IMG/VR virus record: IMGVR_UViG_3300028833_000006
Coordinates: 47,213 to 111,212 of that record
Reading direction: 5' to 3' (one strand)
Length of the DNA stretch: 64,000 bases
Source of the DNA: a virus
Taxonomy: Duplodnaviria; Caudoviricetes
Shown: positions 57,019-64,000 of the stretch, piece after piece
How positions within the stretch are numbered: position 1 is the stretch's first letter
How the letters are laid out: every line of letters begins with the position of its first letter
Translations under genes and position numbers: made by a program
The notes under the pieces: model-generated
What the model was told of the DNA's origin: nothing
Database searches by the model: none
Seen by the model: the letters and a program-made list of their open reading frames with translations, nothing else

Positions 57019-57470
57019 ACTTCCTCACTTTCCTGTACCATCTTTGCACCGCAATTAGGGCAATAATTCCATTTTCTGTCTGCATCCTTATATACCCATA
57101 CTGTATCTTTACACTCGGAACACTCACAGATATATGCGTTATCTCCATATCCGTCACTTACTAATATCCAATGCCCTATCATTGGCTGTGGTGTGACGGG
57201 TGGTAACTGCTTTATAATTTCATCTAATCTTATGTTTAAGGGGTTGTTTACTATATCAAGCACCGCCTGTCTGCTTATAGCATCGGAGTTATTAGGTTTA
57301 TCCCACTCATTCATATATGCCTTGACTACTTTACAAGTGTCAGTATTACATGGTTCTTGCTCTAGTGCTTTGATTGCCATATCTAATGCCTCGCACCAAT
57401 CTTTTTGGTATTCGTCATCTGCTACCTGCCTAGAATATATCAGTTTATCTATTGCTTCTTCCCTAGTCAT
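57015..57470 (-). CDS. Zinc-ribbon mosaic ORF (MTRE...LEQEP...GHWI...CPxCGAxM)
   Basis: Paralog of 58014..58508 and 58505..58807. Confidence 0.65.
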   Translation of the reverse strand: MTREEAIDKLIYSRQVADDEYQKDWCEALDMAIKALEQEPCNTDTCKVVKAYMNEWDKPNNSDAISRQAVLDIVNNPLNIRLDEIIKQLPPVTPQPMIGHWILVSDGYGDNAYICECSECKDTVWVYKDADRKWNYCPNCGAKMVQESEEV

Positions 57471-58042
57471 TCGGTCTCTCCTTTTGTACCCACAATTTGT
57501 TTCATCTGTGCTATCTGCTCCTGTTTTATCTCACATTCCTTACAAAGGAAAAGTCTATTCTCGCTTAACTCTTTGCCACATATCAGACAATTTCCATTTG
57601 TGATTATTTTTACCCCAGGTATCCGGGATACAATATTCTTATGATTTTGCTTATCCTCGTACTCTTTGATTTTGGCTATGGCTTCATCTACGGAATAATC
57701 AACCCAATTAGAGCATCCACCAAACACGGTAATGATTTCGGATACGGTCATCTTGTATATCTTCTTGGCACATTCCCATGCTTCCATCCGTCCATCTTCC
57801 AGTCCGTCCTTGTAGTCAAGGTCTGAGTTGTGTTTTTTCTCAGACTCATTCATTACAGCGTTTATACCGTCCACATAGCCCTTGCGATATACCTTTTCTC
57901 CCCCATCATACGGCTCTAACTTTTCAAGCCCGTATTTGTCAAAGACTAAGGCATTAAACCCCTTAATCCTCGCTATCTGCGGTGCTCCGTTACGTCTGAT
58001 TACTTCCTCAATCTCAATAATGTACTTGTCTCCTACTTTCAT
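57467..58042 (-). CDS. Hypothetical protein with C-terminal zinc ribbon
   Basis: Start MKVGDK; AWECAKKI motif. Confidence 0.55.
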   Translation of the reverse strand: MKVGDKYIIEIEEVIRRNGAPQIARIKGFNALVFDKYGLEKLEPYDGGEKVYRKGYVDGINAVMNESEKKHNSDLDYKDGLEDGRMEAWECAKKIYKMTVSEIITVFGGCSNWVDYSVDEAIAKIKEYEDKQNHKNIVSRIPGVKIITNGNCLICGKELSENRLFLCKECEIKQEQIAQMKQIVGTKGETE

Positions 58043-58508
58043 TCGCTTTCTCCTCCCACATTCTCGCACCGCAATTCGGACAGAAGTTAGTTTTTTCCTT
58101 AACCCATTCATTACAATTACTACAAGAATATTCTGTATTGTAATTGTCATCATTCCATCCTGTGTGTTCTATCCAATGCCCTGTCTTTGGCTCTTGCTTA
58201 ATACATAATTCTTCCGTTGTTGGTTGCATTACTACATAATTTCCGCAGTTATCAGGTTCTATGTGTGGTGGCATATAAAAAACACATTTCGTCCTAACAA
58301 TGCCCGATTGAAATTCACATCCGATATTTGTGCAGGAACTACATAAGTTATCTGCCTGTCTGCTTATCGCATCACCGCTTGGCTCTTGCTCTAGTGCCAA
58401 TGTTTCAAGTTCCTTTTTCAGATATGCAGGACTAATTATTGGCTTTTCAAAATCTTCATCATTCGGACATATAATGCTGATAATATTATCTATATCTTCT
58501 CTTGTCAT
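58014..58508 (-). CDS. Zinc-ribbon mosaic ORF
   Basis: LEQEP, DAISRQA, GHWI, CPNCGARM. Confidence 0.65.
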   Translation of the reverse strand: MTREDIDNIISIICPNDEDFEKPIISPAYLKKELETLALEQEPSGDAISRQADNLCSSCTNIGCEFQSGIVRTKCVFYMPPHIEPDNCGNYVVMQPTTEELCIKQEPKTGHWIEHTGWNDDNYNTEYSCSNCNEWVKEKTNFCPNCGARMWEEKANESRRQVHY

Positions 58509-58807
58509 TCCTCGCTCCTTTCCTGTGGCTCAACCATCTTTGCACCACACCACGGACAAAATGGACTTTCTCCGCTCCAATCTCGCAAGTCAGCATTTTC
58601 TCCACACGCAGAACACTTATAAACAGGTATGGTATTCCACTTACCCTCATTCACGTTTATCCAATGCCCTGTCTTTGGCTCTTGCTCTAATGCTTTGATT
58701 TCATCTATATATTTTTGTAGTTCTTCAACAGTTATATAAACTTGTGATTTCTTTAATCTGCCTACTGTATAAAGTTCTAATCCGTCTACGATTTCTTCTC
58801 TTGTCAT
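58505..58807 (-). CDS. Zinc-ribbon mosaic ORF
   Basis: LEQEPKTGHWI, CPWCGAKM, EPQERSE. Confidence 0.65.
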   Translation of the reverse strand: MTREEIVDGLELYTVGRLKKSQVYITVEELQKYIDEIKALEQEPKTGHWINVNEGKWNTIPVYKCSACGENADLRDWSGESPFCPWCGAKMVEPQERSEE

Positions 58808-59034
58808 ACTTCCTCGCTTTCTGCCTTGTGTTTAATAGGTATCCTGTTACCTTTATCGTCATAGGTTTCGGTTACGTGTGTGTCAACAAAATCTTTGGAA
58901 AGTGTATAAAATTCTTTTCCGAACTTGGTAACAACATATGCCATACGGCTTTTGTCAAAAGTCATGTTTGCAAGTATGAATAATACTTGTTTTGGATTAA
59001 AACCTAATGATGATAACAGCTCCTCAAACGTCAT
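58804..59034 (-). CDS. Hypothetical protein
   Basis: RBS; ends AESEEV. Confidence 0.5.
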   Translation of the reverse strand: MTFEELLSSLGFNPKQVLFILANMTFDKSRMAYVVTKFGKEFYTLSKDFVDTHVTETYDDKGNRIPIKHKAESEEV

Positions 59035-59043
59035 TCATCATCC

Positions 59044-59253
59044 TCACTTTCTGTACTTGCTCTCGTAGTATTCCTCACGTTCAAGTTCATCTAGTCTGTC
59101 ACGCCAATCGTCAACATCATCCTGCTCCTCATTTTTTGCCTTGTATTGACATTCTTTTTCATCACAACACCATTCGTGCCAAATATCCTCAACATAGGCT
59201 TTATCACAAGATAAACAAGGTTCACAAAGTAATCCTTCATCATCAAAATACAT
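59044..59253 (-). CDS. Small acidic Cys-rich protein
   Basis: ORF packing. Confidence 0.5.
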   Translation of the reverse strand: MYFDDEGLLCEPCLSCDKAYVEDIWHEWCCDEKECQYKAKNEEQDDVDDWRDRLDELEREEYYESKYRK

Positions 59254-59258
59254 AATAA

Positions 59259-59651
59259 TTATTCACCATCCTTAGAGTATACGTCCATATCACTCAAATC
59301 TAATTCTTCTGTGCCTAAATTGTATCGTGAAGATAATCTCAAATAACCACAAGGTAAACAGTCTATGCGCCAAGATTTAGGTTTAATCATACTTGGCAAA
59401 GAAAATCCATCAAAATCAAATTCTCCATACCCACCAATACCATCTAAATGTAATACATCTGAGCACCCACCGAACTTACATATAGGTTCATTATTATCAT
59501 CTACCGCAACAAAATCCATATTCATCCAACCACTCTCATGCTTTCTTCTAGTGGGGATAATCACAAGTGACCTAAATAAACCGATATTTGTCCCATGTTC
59601 TCTATATGGTATCTTCTTAAAATCTTCCTTTGTCATTTTTGTTATCTTCAT
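59259..59651 (-). CDS. Hypothetical protein
   Basis: SLVIIP...HESGW..M, CSDVL.LDGIGG, W.IDCLP motifs. Confidence 0.6.
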   Translation of the reverse strand: MKITKMTKEDFKKIPYREHGTNIGLFRSLVIIPTRRKHESGWMNMDFVAVDDNNEPICKFGGCSDVLHLDGIGGYGEFDFDGFSLPSMIKPKSWRIDCLPCGYLRLSSRYNLGTEELDLSDMDVYSKDGE

Positions 59652-59899
59652 ACAGTCTCCATCTCCTTTTTTATTTTCTTAAATTCTTCCGCAGTCATAT
59701 TCATTGGCTTAAAATATTCGTCAACCCATGCATATGGTTTCATATAATGCTGTATTGTATTTCTCGCCTCTTCTCTTGCCTTTTCTGCACACAACTCAAC
59801 ATACTCATCATCTGTCAAGTTATAATCTGTAATACAATCTACTACCGTAGAAAATCTACAAATCTTACCATTAGGCTGTCTTGCGATAAACGCTCCCAT
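59648..59899 (-). CDS. Hypothetical protein
   Basis: FIARQPNG..CRFSTVVD..T.YN.T..EY motif; own promoter. Confidence 0.6.
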   Translation of the reverse strand: MGAFIARQPNGKICRFSTVVDCITDYNLTDDEYVELCAEKAREEARNTIQHYMKPYAWVDEYFKPMNMTAEEFKKIKKEMETV

Positions 59900-60038
59900 A
59901 AAAATCTCCTTTCACGTAACCCCTTAATCTATAAACATTATATACAATGTTTGAGTATATGTCAACACATTTTTGTATAAAACAAAAAGTGGCTAAATCT
60001 CAACAACTTAGCCACTCCTCGCTAAAATATGACAAATC

Positions 60039-61139
60039 TTAATCTTGTATCAATGCGATTATTGTAATTACATCTGTATCCACCAATTTAATTGCGTTAT
60101 CAAGACCAAACTCAATTTCTACTGCATCTGACATGAATGAATGTACTCTATTATACAGCATATTAATGTCTATATGTGCTACAAAAGGCTCTGTGGTATT
60201 TATAGACTTATCTGTATATGGTATTAACTCAATGCCTGTATCTAACTTACTTGATATTCTAATACCATCACTTGCAAATTCTAATAATATCTCACCGTCA
60301 TCAAACTTACCGACAAACAACTTAATTCTGTCAAGTGCATTCGATAACACACCACGGTCAACCGAGCACACATTATCAAACTTCTGATTAAATAAACCAT
60401 TGAGTGCGTCAATTGCAAAGTTCTCAATACCTTGTGGCATAGTACTGTATATGACACAACTGTCACTTACAAATTTCATCTTAGTGTCATTTGCATATAT
60501 ATCCACACTATCATCAGTAATTACATCTAACAGATTAACCATATTAACATTCACAAGTCTTGGTGATTCACCGTCTTTGAACAATGCCTTATCATATGCA
60601 CTTGCAATTATGGTATCTGTACCTATTACTTGCTTACCGAAATAATAATGTGCATAACAAGGAATTTCTAATGTGGTAGCCACTGATGACTTAAGCCCAT
60701 TAAGAATTGTTTTAATATCGGATATTGTAAGACTACCAATATTACTCATCTCAACATCTTCGTCAAGTGGACTTCCGATAACAATTCCTTTACCTGTACT
60801 CTCATCAACTTGTATAGGCAGTTTATAGTTACCATTACCCCTCACACCCAAATAGTTATCAAACAACTCAAATGTGATATCATCACTCGTTATCTTAGAT
60901 ATCAACTTGACAAGTGTGTCAGTTTCTACACACACATAAAAATCATCACCGCTCACATCCGCACCTTTAATATACAGATAATTAGTACCGTCTGTAGTCA
61001 TAAGTGTAAGAACATTATCTTTTAACTCAATAACAACATAAGTAGTAATTGGCAACAATCTATTGTTAGACGCACCCCTACTTGCTTTTGACAACATTTC
61101 TTGGAATTTCGCTGTACTTACTGTTAACTTCATCTTCAC
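60039..61139 (-). CDS. dnaN: DNA polymerase sliding clamp (beta subunit-like)
   Basis: 366 aa; LPI, LTLMTTDG, GTD, L..ALDR three-domain pattern. Confidence 0.75.
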   Translation of the reverse strand: MKMKLTVSTAKFQEMLSKASRGASNNRLLPITTYVVIELKDNVLTLMTTDGTNYLYIKGADVSGDDFYVCVETDTLVKLISKITSDDITFELFDNYLGVRGNGNYKLPIQVDESTGKGIVIGSPLDEDVEMSNIGSLTISDIKTILNGLKSSVATTLEIPCYAHYYFGKQVIGTDTIIASAYDKALFKDGESPRLVNVNMVNLLDVITDDSVDIYANDTKMKFVSDSCVIYSTMPQGIENFAIDALNGLFNQKFDNVCSVDRGVLSNALDRIKLFVGKFDDGEILLEFASDGIRISSKLDTGIELIPYTDKSINTTEPFVAHIDINMLYNRVHSFMSDAVEIEFGLDNAIKLVDTDVITIIALIQD

Positions 61140-61149
61140 TAAGCCTCCT

Positions 61150-62325
61150 TTAAAATAATCTCTTTAATGTACCGTGTATACGGTTCTCAGCAATCTTAAC
61201 ATACTCCTCATTCAACTCACATCCGACATAATTTCTATAATTATGCTTTGCCACAACTCCAACCGTGCCACTACCCATAAAAGGGTCTAATACTATACCT
61301 CCTTTAGGACAGCCTGCAACTACCATCGGATATATCAATTCTTCTGGAAATGTTGCAAAATGAGCACCTTTAAATGGTCTAGTTGGGATACTCCATACAT
61401 CACGCTTATTTCTCACCAAATATTCTTTATCCTTACCACCATATTCACGGTTCATATGCATACTATTTGACGGTTGACCATCATATTGACAATTCTTTGT
61501 CCTTGGTTGATACTCGTTACCGCTATACACATGATTCTCAACGTTACCTGGATATTTATTACCGCCATATTTTATATGTGCTGATGGATTTTGAATATTA
61601 CAAGGTTCTTGTATTGCCTCATAATCAAAATAATAATCTTTTGATTTACTCAACAAGAAAATATATTCATGGGATTTTGTACACCTATCCTTTACAGATT
61701 CTGGTAGTGGATTCATCTTTTGCCATATTATATCTTGACGCAAATACCACCCATCTGCCCTTAATGCAAACGCTACAGCCCACGGTATACCTATCATATC
61801 TTTGGGCTTTATTATATCATGTTGCCATCTCCTTGTAGTTTGTATTTCTGTAAGACTGCCTTTATTAGATAACTGTTTATCACTTATATTATCTCCACCA
61901 CCCCATCTACCTTGACCGCCAGCATAACTATCTCCAAGATTTAACCACAAAGTACCGTCTCTCTTAAGTACCCTTTTTACTTCACGAAAAATTATGACAA
62001 GTCTGTCAATATACTCTTCGGGTGTTTCTTCTAACCCAACTTGTAAATCTTCTCTAACTGCACCACATAAAGGACAAACTGTTTTGTATATAGCATCACC
62101 CACATTACCACGCAATTCTTCTTGCGCATGGCCAGTAATAGTCCTATCCGAATATTTACTTAACCTTTTATGCGGACAATTTGGGTCGCCACCAACCCAC
62201 TTACCTGTACCATAATCTCTTAACCCATAATAAGGTGGACTTGTCACACAACAATCTATACTCTCATCCTCAAATGTTTTGAGTATGTCAATATTGTTGC
62301 CTTGATATATCTTGTTAATCTCCAT
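61150..62325 (-). CDS. DNA methyltransferase (N4-C/N6-A, beta class)
   Basis: VTSPPY, HFATFP, LDPFMGSGT. Confidence 0.9.
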   Translation of the reverse strand: MEINKIYQGNNIDILKTFEDESIDCCVTSPPYYGLRDYGTGKWVGGDPNCPHKRLSKYSDRTITGHAQEELRGNVGDAIYKTVCPLCGAVREDLQVGLEETPEEYIDRLVIIFREVKRVLKRDGTLWLNLGDSYAGGQGRWGGGDNISDKQLSNKGSLTEIQTTRRWQHDIIKPKDMIGIPWAVAFALRADGWYLRQDIIWQKMNPLPESVKDRCTKSHEYIFLLSKSKDYYFDYEAIQEPCNIQNPSAHIKYGGNKYPGNVENHVYSGNEYQPRTKNCQYDGQPSNSMHMNREYGGKDKEYLVRNKRDVWSIPTRPFKGAHFATFPEELIYPMVVAGCPKGGIVLDPFMGSGTVGVVAKHNYRNYVGCELNEEYVKIAENRIHGTLKRLF

Positions 62326-62334
62326 TAAATTACC

Positions 62335-63150
62335 TCAAAATAATTTACTTTGCTTACATTCTGAAATCCGTTTATTGTATGGATTATCAGTAGGCACTAC
62401 TTTATATGGATACCCATTCAACCTTGATATACTTTCTTTCCAATATGCTTCGGATATCTCAAACCCTATAAATTGTCTACCCATTGATTTTGCAACATAA
62501 CATGTCGTGCCACTACCACTAAATGGGTCAACTACCAAATCACCCTTATAGGAAAGTAAATCAATACATAACTGTGGTAATCTCTCTGGGAAATTTGCTA
62601 ATGTATATGACGGTGTTGTTCCTATATGCCACACACCACTACAACCTTCCATAAAATCATTTTTATGAATTGTAGACTCACCTTTATTTATTTTATTCCA
62701 CTGCTTCTTATAGGCTATAAAAATACCTTCATACGGACAGTTTATGTGCGGTGCACTTGCACTTAACCAACTACCCCAAGCAGTCTGCTTTTTCATTGTT
62801 AAATCATCCCACACAACCACACGATGACTATTATAGCCTATCTTATCCATAATGTTTTTGATATCAAACAATGGAAATCTTGACTCGTGATTACCGTTTT
62901 CATCAAGTGGATTATTACAGAAATAATGATTTATACAAATCCTACCATCATCCTTAAGGACTCTATAACACTCCACTAACCAACTCTCGCACCATTTAAG
63001 ATATTCATCCCACGGCATACGGTCATTCCAACTATCATACTGTATTCCAAGATTATATGGGGGAGAAGTAACTATTAAGTCTACGGCATTATCTTCTATT
63101 TGTCGTAAACCATCTATACAATCCATATTATATATATTATTTGTTTCCAT
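62335..63150 (-). CDS. DNA methyltransferase (N4-C/N6-A, beta class)
   Basis: VTSPPY, ANFP, VDPFSGSGT. Confidence 0.9.
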   Translation of the reverse strand: METNNIYNMDCIDGLRQIEDNAVDLIVTSPPYNLGIQYDSWNDRMPWDEYLKWCESWLVECYRVLKDDGRICINHYFCNNPLDENGNHESRFPLFDIKNIMDKIGYNSHRVVVWDDLTMKKQTAWGSWLSASAPHINCPYEGIFIAYKKQWNKINKGESTIHKNDFMEGCSGVWHIGTTPSYTLANFPERLPQLCIDLLSYKGDLVVDPFSGSGTTCYVAKSMGRQFIGFEISEAYWKESISRLNGYPYKVVPTDNPYNKRISECKQSKLF

Positions 63151-63174
63151 ACAACTCCTTATATGACAATGTTG

Positions 63175-64000
63175 TCATAAATCATCAATATCAATTTTAT
63201 CCCCATACCAACGCTCGGCAACTTCAACATCACAACTTATAGGAACTACAAATTTCTCACCTGGTGCCTCTGACATAACTTTTGCGAATAATGGTATAAC
63301 TTCTTTAGCATTCTCTCTTGGACATTCTGCAATGATTTCATCATGTACTTGAATCAACATCCTAAATCCGAGTTCCTTCAACCGTTGATTTTTACACAAA
63401 GCAGTCATTGCAAGTTTAGTCATATCTGCGGCCGTTCCTTGTATTCTTGCATTCACAACCTTTGTATAGTCCTTATCCTTAGTATGGTCAATTATTTTAT
63501 ATCCTTTGGACTCAGCAAGCCCCATTATCTTCGACTTCTCTTTAAATTTACACTTAGATATTCTAGAGATAAAATAATCTTGCACATCTCTTGGCACTTC
63601 AAGTTCAATATCATCAACAAAATTAAGGATATCAATATTTCTAGTGGAATGTAACCAAACTACCTCATAATCTGGCAACAACATTGACGGTAATCTACGT
63701 TTCCTCCCCCATAATGTAGTAATATACCCCAATTCCTCAACCATACGATAACTTTGCCTTTCAAATTCAGCAATGGCAGGAAACCCAGTAAATACATCAT
63801 TTTTTATTCTTTCTGCCTCTTCTTTAGTACAACCTACTTGTTCCGCAATACTTGTAGCACCACGTCCATAATTTATACCGAGGAGGATGGCTTTCGCTTG
63901 ACTTCTACGCTCCTTACCGTCTGCATACGTATCCTTTTCACCGTCTGCGATTTTATCATAATCGTCTTCTGTACCATAGTACCACTTATCACCTTTTTGC
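63175..64000 (-). CDS. polA: Family A DNA polymerase, C-terminal part
   Basis: Frame open to window edge; RSQAKAILLGINYG (motif B), GRKRR, IQGTAAD, QVHDE (motif C). Confidence 0.9.
   Translation of the reverse strand, partial: QKGDKWYYGTEDDYDKIADGEKDTYADGKERRSQAKAILLGINYGRGATSIAEQVGCTKEEAERIKNDVFTGFPAIAEFERQSYRMVEELGYITTLWGRKRRLPSMLLPDYEVVWLHSTRNIDILNFVDDIELEVPRDVQDYFISRISKCKFKEKSKIMGLAESKGYKIIDHTKDKDYTKVVNARIQGTAADMTKLAMTALCKNQRLKELGFRMLIQVHDEIIAECPRENAKEVIPLFAKVMSEAPGEKFVVPISCDVEVAERWYGDKIDIDDL

Larger units (their letters stand above)
23..63177. repeat. Dispersed 14-bp palindrome TGACA-N4-TGTCA, about 32 copies
   Basis: Manual scan; start positions are listed in the findings. Confidence 0.85.

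Noticed and set aside
54596-59034. Diversity-generating retroelement
   Set aside because: No reverse transcriptase in the window; repeats are short exact joints, not template/variable pairs differing at adenines.
23-63177. TGACA palindromes as -35 boxes or a restriction-site effect
   Set aside because: Most are intragenic without a matching -10, they are absent where promoters are densest, and restriction sites would be depleted rather than enriched.
57-63654. Plus-strand ORFs in the six-frame track
   Set aside because: They are antisense shadows of minus-strand genes, with no RBS or recognisable motifs; promoters and terminators point to the minus strand.
1-64000. Prophage boundary, integrase or host genes
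   Set aside because: None recognised; dnaX, recA and dnaN homologs are divergent and embedded among phage genes, so lifestyle cannot be called from this window.

Overview
The window is part of a large AT-rich tailed-phage genome (siphovirus-like; SigA-type promoters and AGGAGG ribosome-binding sites suggest a Firmicutes host). Essentially all real genes are on the minus strand. In transcription order it holds: (1) a replication/recombination module (family A DNA polymerase, two DNA methyltransferases, beta sliding clamp, DnaX/HolB/HolA-like clamp loader, RecA, RecU, Cas4-like nuclease, PARG-like macrodomain, tRNA-Trp, tRNA-Gln) interrupted by a mosaic block of small paralogous ORFs; (2) an array of toxin-like genes; (3) terS and a terL split by two group I introns whose splice sites can be placed exactly; (4) a second toxin-like array next to a QueC-like enzyme; (5) about 17 kb of small genes in cassettes, most headed by a near-identical strong promoter; (6) portal, scaffold, capsid, neck and tail-tube genes. 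Best candidates for new biology: seven proteins sharing an N-terminal WxTxxGxHxP tag fused to unrelated effector domains in a phage with no MuF gene at the usual position; three Met-Gly-initiated effectors with a QueC-like enzyme beside one of them; about 32 copies of the palindrome TGACA-N4-TGTCA that are absent from a 28-kb segment; and two tRNA-like RNAs without a normal anticodon. All counts and family calls were made by eye from motifs and synteny; no database search was run.
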